In this document: positions 27,970 to 37,040 of the stretch, one piece after another
Layout of the letters: the number at the start of each line of letters is the position of its first letter
How positions within the stretch are numbered: position 1 is the stretch's first letter
Assembly: GCA_029561255.1 (NCBI GenBank)
Contig: JAKQJH010000044.1
Span: 7,020 to 71,019 of the forward strand
Direction of reading: 5' to 3'
DNA: 64,000 nucleotides
Source: Bacteroidota bacterium
GTDB taxonomy: Bacteria > Bacteroidota > Bacteroidia > Chitinophagales > Chitinophagaceae
Translations under genes and position numbers: made by a program
Notes under the pieces: generated by a model
Database searches by the model: none
The model's input: only the letters and a program-made list of their open reading frames with translations
Told to the model about the DNA's origin: nothing

Positions 27970-29344
27970 GTTCAGTATTTGTTTTTTTATGGAACAGTAT
28001 TCCAGACAGCAGGGCCAATGGAAGTAATAATAGCAGCCAGCCGGAACCCAGACAGGCCCCGCTGTTGGCAACTACAATACAACCGGGCAAGGCTTTGGCC
28101 ATTTCCTTCAGATAAGCACTGTCTTCTTTCGTATCATGTGGTAAGGAGAGATAACGCAGTTTTTTCAACTGGCCGATGCTTTTTTTATCGGTCACCGTAT
28201 CAATAATTATCAGTGCACGGAGATCCGGCATTTCCTGCAGGTTTGTAAAATCGGTCAGGTTGGAATTACCAGCCATTTCCAATACCTGTATTTTTTTCAG
28301 GCTGGCGGTAAGCATATTGAACTCTTTTTGTGATGTATTAACCGGCAATCCCAGCCATTTCAATCCTTTGGCTTTTACCAGTTGTTCAATGCCGGTGCAT
28401 TTGCCGGAAATCAACAATACCGATAATCTTTCCGGTATATTTTTTAGTTTGTCCAGGCCCGCAACACTATCTCCGTTTTTTAAAACCAGTTCATCCAGCT
28501 GATCCAGTGGAGCCAGGAGTTCATAGAAAGGCTTATTCAGTAAGAGGCTCAGTTTTTTCAGTTGAAGGTTATTGATAAAAAAGTCCGGGGGCATCGATTT
28601 TAAATCATCCCCATATACAATACACTCTTTCATTTCAGGAAGTGCCGGGAGCGGATTCAGGATGACTGAATCGTCCAGTACGATAAAGAGGCATTTTGCC
28701 TTCTTCCAGTACACCAGTGCCGGGATTTCCTCATTGATAACCGGAACAAACACAACGGTTGGCTGGAAAAAACCGGCTTTACGGATATAATCTGTCGTCA
28801 GGTTGAGGGAATCATTTTCGGCAAATGTGAGCGACAAATGGGGATGTTGTGAAGCGATAGTTTTAAGATAGGGGATATAGGATTCAGGGATGGGATCCTG
28901 TATTAAGATTGACGCCAGATCAGTCAGCTGTTCCGGTTTCATTTGCCTGAACCAGGGTAGCAAATCCTCGTTTTTATGTATAACTATGGAATTTATTTTA
29001 CTGTTTAAGAAAACAAGGGAGTCACCCTCGTCGTTAATCCGGAGCGTATCTTCTTTGGTTGGCTGATAACGGAAATAGGTATCATTAAATCCAAGCACAT
29101 CATTTTTTTCCGTAAGTATGGCCCCTTTTTCCCTGTTGGAAGACGGAAAAAAAATAAAATGAAATGATTTAGACCAATTGGTAACCAATCCATTTCCTTT
29201 TAGCTGCACAACAGTAAAACGTTTTTCGTCCGGGAATCCGCGGAAAATAAGCAGGATACCCAGCAAAAAGAGTCCTGCGAGAAAGTATGGCAGCCAGCTT
29301 TGAGTCCTTCCCGGCTGTTTCGGATGGATTTGATCTGGTTTCAT
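27953..29344 (-). CDS. Leucine-rich-repeat protein with N-terminal TM segment and C-terminal Cys-Gly/TM/basic tail
   Basis: LKKLSL, LDELVL, LKWLGL, IQVLEM, LRALII, LRYLSL repeats; cap KALPGCIV; tail SGACLGSGWLLLLLPLALLSGILFHKK. Confidence 0.8.
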   Translation of the reverse strand: MKPDQIHPKQPGRTQSWLPYFLAGLFLLGILLIFRGFPDEKRFTVVQLKGNGLVTNWSKSFHFIFFPSSNREKGAILTEKNDVLGFNDTYFRYQPTKEDTLRINDEGDSLVFLNSKINSIVIHKNEDLLPWFRQMKPEQLTDLASILIQDPIPESYIPYLKTIASQHPHLSLTFAENDSLNLTTDYIRKAGFFQPTVVFVPVINEEIPALVYWKKAKCLFIVLDDSVILNPLPALPEMKECIVYGDDLKSMPPDFFINNLQLKKLSLLLNKPFYELLAPLDQLDELVLKNGDSVAGLDKLKNIPERLSVLLISGKCTGIEQLVKAKGLKWLGLPVNTSQKEFNMLTASLKKIQVLEMAGNSNLTDFTNLQEMPDLRALIIIDTVTDKKSIGQLKKLRYLSLPHDTKEDSAYLKEMAKALPGCIVVANSGACLGSGWLLLLLPLALLSGILFHKKTNTEHETTG

Positions 29345-29528
29345 AGACAAAGTTTGTAAGATGAGTTATCAGTTTACAGGAGCGGCGGGAAATCATTTTC
29401 CCGGGAAAGCAGAGTGGTACGTAGCTCCCGGGTTAAGGACAGGATCTGGACAATCGAAATGTAACTGCGTGGAAGAGGGTGGAACAATGATGCAGGTTAA
29501 CCCTGTACATGACCGGGGACAGGAAGAA

Positions 29529-30395
29529 TCAGGTCCAGTCGTTAAAATAGCGCAGTACTTCCCGGGCACGGCCGATATAAAACCCGCCAAACAGCACGGC
29601 ATGCACCAGCAGGGGGTAGGCTTCTGTGAGTTTTAACCGCTTCTCCCATCCGGGCTCCAGGGGATAGACCTCCTGATAGGCTTTATAAAACCGGGGGTCA
29701 AATCCGCCAAATAACTGCGTCATGCCGAGGTCCATTTCCCGGTGACCATAATATATGGCCGGGTCAAAGATGACGGGCTGACCGCCGGCAGAAACGCTGT
29801 AATTGCCACTCCAGAGATCACCATGCAGGAGCGAAGGGTGTTCGACCGGGAAAAGTGAGTCCAGCTGGTTGCAGAAATGTCCGGCGGCATTGAGGTCAGC
29901 ACGGGTAAAGAGTTGTTTATTGTAAAGTATTTCAACAAGCGGCATGATCCGGCATTCGGTATAAAATTCATCCCAGTTGCCATGTCGTTTATTGGATTGT
30001 TTCAGCCGGCCGATATAATTGTCCGTAGTCCATCCGAAATAGGTTTGTGGCTGTTGATGTAACCGGGCCAGCTGATGACCAAAATGTTCCCAGAACTGTT
30101 TATCAGGTTGACCTCTTTCGATCCACTCCAGCAGCAGGTATTGCTGTTCACCGGCAATCCCGGTTTTGATCACTTCAGGGATACTGACCGTCCTGGTCTT
30201 TTTCAATTCGCTGAGCCCGGCGGCTTCTTTAAGAAACATATCCGGATAAAAACCCGCCTGGTTTACTTTGAGAAAAAAAATCCCTTCGTGGGTATGCAGG
30301 CAGTATGCGCTGTTGATATCCCCGCCGTGCACCTGTTCAAAGCGCTGAACCTGAAGACCGCAATCTTCAATGATCGCCTTTGGTTGGTACACCAA
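29529..30395 (-). CDS. Fructosamine kinase family protein
   Basis: GGDIN, FFLKVN, SLLHGDLWSGN, IFDPAIYYGHREMDLGM. Confidence 0.93.
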   Translation of the reverse strand: MVYQPKAIIEDCGLQVQRFEQVHGGDINSAYCLHTHEGIFFLKVNQAGFYPDMFLKEAAGLSELKKTRTVSIPEVIKTGIAGEQQYLLLEWIERGQPDKQFWEHFGHQLARLHQQPQTYFGWTTDNYIGRLKQSNKRHGNWDEFYTECRIMPLVEILYNKQLFTRADLNAAGHFCNQLDSLFPVEHPSLLHGDLWSGNYSVSAGGQPVIFDPAIYYGHREMDLGMTQLFGGFDPRFYKAYQEVYPLEPGWEKRLKLTEAYPLLVHAVLFGGFYIGRAREVLRYFNDWT

Positions 30396-30446
30396 TCCGT
30401 ATACCGGTCAGTATTAAACGATTGTAAACACCTAAAACTTTGCTGT

Positions 30447-31799
30447 ATGATTACAACAAAAAAATCAATGGCTGATAAGTTCATGCAATTGATGAAGAAA
30501 CGTAACCCTGATCAACCGGAATTCCTGCAAGCCGTTTCTGAAGTTGCTCAAGCCATTATTCCTTATATCGAGGAACACCCCCAATACAAGAAAGCGAATA
30601 TTATGGAACGTTTGACAGAGGCTGAACGGATCATCATTTTCCGTGTACCCTGGGTGGATGATGCCGGTAATTTCCGGGTCAACAGGGGTTACCGCGTTCA
30701 GATGAACAACGCGATCGGTCCCTATAAAGGCGGGCTCCGTTTTCACCCGAATGTCAGTCTTAGTATCCTGAAATTTCTGGCTTTTGAACAGGTATTCAAA
30801 AATTCGCTGACCACTTTACCAATGGGGGGTGCCAAAGGGGGATCGGATTTTGATCCCAAGGGCAAATCCGATAATGAAGTGATGCGTTTCTGCCAGAGCT
30901 TCATGACCGAACTGTATCGCCATATTGGTAATGATACGGATATACCCGCCGGTGATATCGGGGTGGGTGGTCGTGAGATCGGGTTCCTGTTTGGCCAATA
31001 CAAAAGACTGTCCAATGAATTTACCGGCGTGCTGACTGGCAAGGGCTTTACTTATGGAGGCAGCCTGATCCGTCCGGAAGCTACCGGATATGGATTATTG
31101 TTCTTTGTGGATGAAATGCTGCGTACAAAAGGAGAAACCCTGAAAAATAAAAGGGTAGTGGTTTCCGGTAGTGGTAATGTAGCCCAGTATGCTATTGAAA
31201 AAACCATTGCCATGGGTGGTATTCCGCTGACCGCTTCCGACAGTGATGGATTCATTTATGACCCGGATGGTATTGATACGGAGAAACTGGAATATATCCT
31301 GGATCTGAAAAATGTAAAACGCGGCCGTATATCCGAATACGCCACCAAATACAATGTACCTTATTATGAAGGTGAAAAGCCCTGGATGATCCCATGTGAT
31401 GTAGCGTTGCCTTGTGCCGTTCAGAACGAACTGGATAAAGTTGGTGCTGAGCAACTGGTGAAGAATGGTTGTAAGCTGGTGGCCGAAGGCGCCAATATGC
31501 CAACCACCCCGGAAGCCATTGAAGTGTTACATGAAAACGGCATCATGTATGCGCCGGGTAAAGCCGCCAATGCCGGTGGTGTAGCCACTTCCGGACTTGA
31601 AATGTCTCAGAACTCCATCCGCCTTTCCTGGACCCGCGAAGAAGTCGAGAATAAACTCCGCGATATCATGCGCAGTATCCATGAACAATGTATGATGCAT
31701 GGAAAACGGGAGGATGGCACGATTGACTATGTAAGGGGCGCGAATATAGCCGGATTTGTAAGAGTAGCGGATGCCATGCTGGCGGAGGGACACGTTTAG
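30447..31799 (+). CDS. gdhA: NADP-specific glutamate dehydrogenase
   Basis: GPYKGGLRFHP, KNSLTTLPMGGAKGGSDF, RPEATGYG, SGSGNVAQY. True start is 30447 or 30468, not 30075. Confidence 0.97.
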   Translation: MITTKKSMADKFMQLMKKRNPDQPEFLQAVSEVAQAIIPYIEEHPQYKKANIMERLTEAERIIIFRVPWVDDAGNFRVNRGYRVQMNNAIGPYKGGLRFHPNVSLSILKFLAFEQVFKNSLTTLPMGGAKGGSDFDPKGKSDNEVMRFCQSFMTELYRHIGNDTDIPAGDIGVGGREIGFLFGQYKRLSNEFTGVLTGKGFTYGGSLIRPEATGYGLLFFVDEMLRTKGETLKNKRVVVSGSGNVAQYAIEKTIAMGGIPLTASDSDGFIYDPDGIDTEKLEYILDLKNVKRGRISEYATKYNVPYYEGEKPWMIPCDVALPCAVQNELDKVGAEQLVKNGCKLVAEGANMPTTPEAIEVLHENGIMYAPGKAANAGGVATSGLEMSQNSIRLSWTREEVENKLRDIMRSIHEQCMMHGKREDGTIDYVRGANIAGFVRVADAMLAEGHV

Positions 31800-31801
31800 G
31801 G

Positions 31802-31840
31802 AGGTTGACAGGTTAACGGATTGACAGGTTAACAGGTATA
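31802..31840. repeat. 8-mer tandem tract (AGGTTGAC/AGGTTAAC)
   Basis: AGGTTGAC AGGTTAAC GGATTGAC AGGTTAAC AGGT. Confidence 0.7.
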
Positions 31841-31902
31841 CCTGCCGTAGAAAGATAGTTGATAAGTATTGGGTTGTCTTACTTTGGTGAGACAACCTTT
31901 TT

Positions 31903-32925
31903 TTATTTCTTCTCAAGAATGAATTCGTTGCAGTAAATGCGGAAGAGCAGGATAATATAATTTACCAGTAGCGGACCAAAGATCAGTCCGATGAAGCCAA
32001 AGAGCCCAAGGCCTACGATGACGCCGAGTACGGTGACCACCGGGTGTACCTGTCCCATTCTTTTCAATAGGGTAATCCGGGCCAGGTAATCTACATTTCC
32101 TGTAACGATTACACTATAGAGCAGCAATCCAGTGGCATTCAGGTTATTTCCGCTGGCATACATAAAAACAACCAGGGGCACCCAAACGATCATGGTTCCT
32201 ACGATCGGGAAGAAGGCCAGTACACCGGTCAGGAATCCCCATAGTATAATATCATTCAGACCAAAGAGGAAGTACCCCAGTGTGGCTGTAACTCCCTGGA
32301 TAATACAGATCATAGGGATTCCCAAAGCACTCGCTTTCACCAGTCGCTTGGTTTCTATGGCCAGTATTTCAATATTGCTGTGTTTCAGTGGAAGAATATT
32401 TCCCAGATAGCTTTCGATCTCTTTTCCATGCACCAGCATATAATAGAGCAGGAATAATAAGATAATCAGGTTGGTGATCAGGTTAAGGGTATCATTAACC
32501 AGGGAAGGGAGGAAACCGGATATCCGTTGCTGGAGGTTGACCAGGGTTTCACCGGATATAAGCGTGAAGCCTGCCCGCTCCTGTGCTTTATCAACGGCTT
32601 CTCTCAGTTGAGTGATGGTGGAAACCGGATCCTTGATAAATGGGTGGACCTGCTTTTCAACCAGCACAAACGTAAACCAGACCAACAGAGCCAAAAGCAG
32701 GAAATAAACCAGCAGGTAAAGCAGAGCGGTCCCGCTTTTATTCCATTTACGATGATAAACGAGTTGAAAGTAACTGTTGCGGCTGAGAATATAAAGGGTG
32801 AGGGCCCCCAGTAATCCGGGGAAGAACACATAAAGCTCCCGGACAGACAGAAAGACCATCAGAAGTAAGATCACCAGGATCATCACCTGTTTGATCTGGT
32901 TGTTAAAACTGCCGGGTAGATTCAT
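31903..32925 (-). CDS. AI-2E (UPF0118) family transporter
   Basis: IIQG..GYFLFG..FFPIVGTMIVWVP..VHPVVTVLGVIVGLGLFGFIGLIFGP. Confidence 0.92.
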   Translation of the reverse strand: MNLPGSFNNQIKQVMILVILLLMVFLSVRELYVFFPGLLGALTLYILSRNSYFQLVYHRKWNKSGTALLYLLVYFLLLALLVWFTFVLVEKQVHPFIKDPVSTITQLREAVDKAQERAGFTLISGETLVNLQQRISGFLPSLVNDTLNLITNLIILLFLLYYMLVHGKEIESYLGNILPLKHSNIEILAIETKRLVKASALGIPMICIIQGVTATLGYFLFGLNDIILWGFLTGVLAFFPIVGTMIVWVPLVVFMYASGNNLNATGLLLYSVIVTGNVDYLARITLLKRMGQVHPVVTVLGVIVGLGLFGFIGLIFGPLLVNYIILLFRIYCNEFILEKK

Positions 32926-33112
32926 AAGCGCCGGAACAGTCTTGCTGTATCCTTATGTAAGGTACACTTATTTATAGTTGTCCGGAATGATATTGGTTAG
33001 TTAATCGTATCTTAAAAAACGGCTTCCGGGAGACATTCAGGAGTTATCCGGTTAAATTTATTGGAGAACCGGAAGTCTTAAAAGGGAATTGTACACACTT
33101 AAATTCAACAAT

Positions 33113-33604
33113 ATGAAAAAGTTCATCTTATCAAAAGGAATTCTATACTTCTTCTCTTTACTTCTGTTCAGTTGTTCTTCCGGCAAACAGGCAGTAGTAA
33201 TGAATACGGAGCTGGAGAATGCTATAGTGGCCGATAGCTGGAAATTTATTGCGGAGCAGTCAACCCCCCAGTTTAGCGGCAACCGGGGTGGGCTTGATGC
33301 GGGGTATGAAGTAAGATGCAGTAAAGAGAGACTGGAAAGTAATCTGCCCTATTACGGCAGGTCTTTTTCCGGTGGCGGAGCCTATACTAACCAGGGGCCA
33401 CTGGATTTTAAAACAGGAAACTATACGATCACCAAAGAGAAAGGGAAGAAAAACAGCTGGATACTGAACATCCGGCCGGGGGGCATACCCGAAGTGCGTG
33501 AATACCGGTTGACCGTTTTCAGCAACGGGACCGCCTCTCTCGATGTACAATTGAATAACCGTACCCCCATGAGTTTCCGCGGGCGTGTGGAAATTCGCCA
33601 ATAA
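33113..33604 (+). CDS. DUF4251 lipoprotein
   Basis: Lipobox LFSC; LPYYGRSF, LTVFSNGTASLDV..R..MSFRG. Confidence 0.85.
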   Translation: MKKFILSKGILYFFSLLLFSCSSGKQAVVMNTELENAIVADSWKFIAEQSTPQFSGNRGGLDAGYEVRCSKERLESNLPYYGRSFSGGGAYTNQGPLDFKTGNYTITKEKGKKNSWILNIRPGGIPEVREYRLTVFSNGTASLDVQLNNRTPMSFRGRVEIRQ

Positions 33605-33639
33605 TCCAAAGGCATAAGCCTGCTTCGCAGGCATAGATT

Positions 33640-34010
33640 TTGGCCACTAAAGCACACGAATGAACACGAAAGAGTTTGCTTCGCAAACAGCTGTCTTCGA
33701 CAGCCGGGGCCACGGATCACACGGATCAGCACGGATTTTTAATTTGCCTTCGGCAAATGGATGGTTGCCACGAAGGCACACGAAAGAACATGAAAAGTAA
33801 ATACAATTCATGACTCGCGCCTGCCTCTCTGTATTTTTCGTGTTCTTTCGTGTGATTTTGTGGCCAACTATTATTGCCGCAGGCAATTCAATCCGTGCTG
33901 ATCCGTGTGATCCGTGGCTAACCCTGCCGAAGGCAGTCCTTTGCCAAAGGCAAAACTTTCGTGACTTTTCGTGTGTTTTTCCCGCATGAGGCGGGACAGG
34001 CGTGGCCAAA
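33640..34010. repeat. Second nested inverted-repeat element (B-A-B..B'-A'-B') of the 23918 family
   Basis: GCCACGGATCACACGGATCAGCACGGATT pairs exactly with AATCCGTGCTGATCCGTGTGATCCGTGGC; interspersed TTGCCTTCGGCAA-type hairpins. Confidence 0.85.
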
Positions 34011-34012
34011 AT

Positions 34013-34045
34013 AAAAAAGGCGACCTCGTATTGAGGCCGCCTTTC
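34013..34045 (-). terminator. Terminator of the SWIB gene
   Basis: AAAAAAGGCGACCTC-GTATT-GAGGCCGCCTTT. Confidence 0.7.
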
Positions 34046-34063
34046 ATATAATGTGGAATGAAA

Positions 34064-34447
34064 TTAACTCAGGTGTTTGCCGAGGAATTTCGCGATTTCA
34101 AACATAGAAACCTGTGCTTTGTTACCGAAAACAACTTTCAGTTTAGCATCAGTATTAACATTACGTCTGTTTTTAGCGTCCTGCAGTTTGTTGGCTTTGA
34201 TGTAAGCCCAGATTTTTTTAACAGCTTCTGTACGGGGCAATGGTTTTGCTCCAACCACAGCGGCTAAGGCAGCAGAGGGAGTCAGTGCTTTCATGAAAGC
34301 AGCATTGGGTTTACGTGCAGATTTTTTCTTAGCGGGTTTTGCGGCTTTCTTAGCAGCAGGTTTTTTAGCAGCAGGCTTTTTAGCAGCGGCTTTCTTTACG
34401 GGTTTTTTAGCAGCGGCTTTCTTTGCTGCTTTTTTCTTTGTTGCCAT
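34064..34447 (-). CDS. SWIB/MDM2 domain protein with histone-H1-like (P)AAKK N-terminus
   Basis: KKPAAKK repeats; AFMKALTPSAALAAVVG..PRTEAVKKIWAYIKANKLQD. Confidence 0.93.
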   Translation of the reverse strand: MATKKKAAKKAAAKKPVKKAAAKKPAAKKPAAKKAAKPAKKKSARKPNAAFMKALTPSAALAAVVGAKPLPRTEAVKKIWAYIKANKLQDAKNRRNVNTDAKLKVVFGNKAQVSMFEIAKFLGKHLS

Positions 34448-34492
34448 GTTTTTTAGATTTTGAATGTTAATGGGTATGCGTTATACCGATAT

Positions 34493-34500
34493 CAAATATA
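34493..34500 (-). promoter_or_regulatory. Bacteroidota primary-sigma -7 box
   Basis: TATATTTG (TAnnTTTG) about 45 bp upstream of the SWIB ATG. Confidence 0.55.
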
Positions 34501-34646
34501 GATGATTTCTACACTCGTTCGCACAGGGAGAAAAAAATCCATGCTATTTTTAAAGATTGTTTTTCCACAGGTAAATCCCATTTTTCCCAATGAAAAGGGA
34601 TGTTTCACCCAATGGAGTTACTAAATTGTGGTACTAAAATTGCCCT

Positions 34647-35300
34647 TTGTACATCAATATACATTCACACAAGCCCCCGGGAACAGGGGAGTGGGTGCTC
34701 CGGAACCTGAATACCCCGGATGAGCCAGAACCCTTGCCAGGACTGTATTCCATGGGAATACACCCCTGGTATATACAGGCGGCTGATTGGGAGAACCAGC
34801 TCTGTTCATTGCAGCAGAAAAGCACCCATGATCAGGTACTGGCCATCGGGGAATGCGGACTGGATAAAGTATGTGCCACCCCTTTTTCCCTGCAGTTACA
34901 GGTATTTCGCGCCCAGGTGGAATGGGCAAATTCCATAGGGAAACCCTTAGTTATTCACTGTGTTCGGGCCTGGGAGGAGGTGCTGGCTTCATTGGAAGAA
35001 GCCACTATCCGGGTCCCGGTACTCTTTCACGGCTATAATAAAAACAGTCAACTGGCCCGCCGGATTACCGGAAAGGGCTACTATATTTCATTGGGAAAAG
35101 CATTAAACCGGCCCGGTATACAGGAGGTATTACGGTCCGTTCCCGCAACCCGGTTTTTCCTGGAAACGGATGATGCGGAACTTTCTATTGGGGAAATTTA
35201 TCAGCAGGCTGCAAAAGCTTTATCAATTGATCACAATTCCCTTGTTTTGCAGATTCAAAAAAATGCGGAAACGGTTTTCGGTAACGCGGTTCAATTATGA
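34647..35300 (+). CDS. TatD family hydrolase
   Basis: NIHSH, GIHPW, AIGECGLD, IHCVRA, LFHG, FLETDD. Confidence 0.92.
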   Translation: MYINIHSHKPPGTGEWVLRNLNTPDEPEPLPGLYSMGIHPWYIQAADWENQLCSLQQKSTHDQVLAIGECGLDKVCATPFSLQLQVFRAQVEWANSIGKPLVIHCVRAWEEVLASLEEATIRVPVLFHGYNKNSQLARRITGKGYYISLGKALNRPGIQEVLRSVPATRFFLETDDAELSIGEIYQQAAKALSIDHNSLVLQIQKNAETVFGNAVQL

Positions 35301-36043
35301 CAAGTGATTTCTCCTGGTTATCCCGGACCAGCTTATTAATCGGGGAAGAAGCCCTTCAGCGGCTGGCTCAGTCACATGTAATGGTGGTGGGACTCGGTGG
35401 CGTTGGTTCCTATGCTGCCGAATTCATTGCCCGCAGCGGGGTGGGTAAGATGACCATCATAGATGGCGATGTGGTGGATCCCAGTAACCGTAACCGGCAA
35501 TTACCAGCACTGGCTACTAATCACGGGGAGTCGAAAGCCCTGATTATGGCAGAGCGGCTCAAAGCCATTAACCCTGAACTGGAACTGGACGTCATCCGTG
35601 AATTCATCAATCCGGCCATGGTGGAACAACAATTGTTACACCGGCCCTCCTATATCATTGACGCCATAGACAGCATTACACCCAAGATCACGTTTATAAA
35701 ACTGGCATTTGAAAGCGGATTGTCCATGGTAAGCAGTATGGGCGCCGGGGCCAAACTTGATCCCACCCGGTTGCAGGTGGTGGATATATCGGAAACATAT
35801 AACTGTCCTTTTGCGCAACAGGTACGTAAACAACTGAAAAGACAATATGGAATCCGCAAAGGGATTAAAGCGGTCTTTTCCCCGGAGGAACCTATTAAAG
35901 AAAGCCTGATGCTGACCGATGGAAAAAATTATAAAAAATCGGCTTATGGAACTATTTCCTATTTACCGGCTGTATTCGGGGCAGTGGCCGCCTCGGTAGT
36001 GATCCGTGACCTGATGCTTCCCCCAAAGAAAAAAAAGATATGA
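35297..36043 (+). CDS. tcdA: tRNA threonylcarbamoyladenosine dehydratase
   Basis: VGLGGVGSY, DGDVV..SNRNRQ, DAID, SSMGAG, GTISYLPAVFG. Confidence 0.92.
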   Translation: MTSDFSWLSRTSLLIGEEALQRLAQSHVMVVGLGGVGSYAAEFIARSGVGKMTIIDGDVVDPSNRNRQLPALATNHGESKALIMAERLKAINPELELDVIREFINPAMVEQQLLHRPSYIIDAIDSITPKITFIKLAFESGLSMVSSMGAGAKLDPTRLQVVDISETYNCPFAQQVRKQLKRQYGIRKGIKAVFSPEEPIKESLMLTDGKNYKKSAYGTISYLPAVFGAVAASVVIRDLMLPPKKKKI

Positions 36044-36133
36044 TCAGTCCTTCCTCTTCCTGCTGAAAAGATAGACCAGCAATGTGATTACTAGTAAGCC
36101 TCCGGAACCGTAGATGAAATAACTGACGGGCAT
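36044..36133 (-). CDS. Putative 29-aa single-pass membrane peptide
   Basis: MPVSYFIYGSGGLLVITLLVYLFSRKRKD; A-rich leader and TAGCTTTA promoter-like box upstream; below the ORF-track length cutoff. Confidence 0.55.
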   Translation of the reverse strand: MPVSYFIYGSGGLLVITLLVYLFSRKRKD

Positions 36134-36314
36134 AAATATCTTTGTTTAAAGCTAGTTTATTTTACATTAACGGACCTGCCTGTCCCTGTTTCCTGCCCGT
36201 TCATTATGACCAGATTCATTCAGGCGTATGAGTGAACTCACTGCAGCACTGTTGGTTCTCTCTGTACATTCATTGTGGTAAGCGGCCATTACCGGTTTAC
36301 CCGGCTTCCCCATT

Positions 36315-36956
36315 ATGAAAAAAGAAATAGGCGAAAATGTATATATCCCGGTGGGATCAGTTACCCTGGAAGGTAGGCTGGAAGTGCCGGAGAACGCTGA
36401 CCGCATAATTATCTTCTCTCATGGAAGCGGCAGCAGCCGCTTTAGTCCCCGCAATAAGTATGTGGCGGAATTATTGAATGATAAAGGAATGGCCACCTTA
36501 CTCGTTGACCTGCTGACCTCCAGGGAGAGTATTGCCAACTCCGCGCGTTTTGATATCAGTTTACTCACACAAAGACTCGCTGCCGTTACACATTGGATAC
36601 AGGCTCAGCCCGTATTCCGCAATTATCAAATTGGTTTTTTTGGTGCCAGTACCGGTGCTGCATCTGCCTTGGGAGCTGCTTCCCTGATGCCCGGTATAGT
36701 CAATGCAGTCGTATCCCGCGGAGGCCGGCCTGATCTGGCCCTCCTCGCTCTGCCACAAGTGAAATCGCCCGTGCTGCTCATCACCGGTTCACTGGATGAT
36801 GAAGTAACAGAACTGAACCAACAGGCTCTTGAAAGACTTACCTGCAAAAAAGAACTCGTAGTGATTGAAGGGGCCACCCACTTATTTGAAGAACCCGGCA
36901 AACTGCAGGAAGTGGCGGAAATAGCCGGGGAATGGTTTCGCAAACACCTCTCCTAA
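36315..36956 (+). CDS. Dienelactone-hydrolase-like alpha/beta hydrolase
   Basis: HGSGSSRFSPRN, nucleophile GASTG, SRGGRPDL, GATHLFEEPG. Confidence 0.9.
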   Translation: MKKEIGENVYIPVGSVTLEGRLEVPENADRIIIFSHGSGSSRFSPRNKYVAELLNDKGMATLLVDLLTSRESIANSARFDISLLTQRLAAVTHWIQAQPVFRNYQIGFFGASTGAASALGAASLMPGIVNAVVSRGGRPDLALLALPQVKSPVLLITGSLDDEVTELNQQALERLTCKKELVVIEGATHLFEEPGKLQEVAEIAGEWFRKHLS

Positions 36957-37040
36957 GTACGAAGTACAAAGTACGAGGTACGAAATACGGGAGTGTCCTC
37001 TAAACGTCTAAACGACTAAACAACTAAACCGTTCAAACCC
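36956..37040. repeat. Adjacent 7-mer (AGTACGA) and 8-mer (CTAAACNN) tandem tracts
   Basis: AGTACGA AGTACAA AGTACGA GGTACGA AATACGG; CTAAACGT CTAAACGA CTAAACAA CTAAAC. Confidence 0.75.

Noticed and set aside
30075-30446. 124-aa N-terminal extension of GdhA in the ORF track
   Set aside because: It overlaps the opposite-strand fructosamine kinase gene; GdhA similarity starts near 30447-30468.
33647-34009. ORFs across repeat elements (also 23993-24311 and 16918-17157)
   Set aside because: Translations such as FVFIRV and PACRQAG are products of the repeat sequences.
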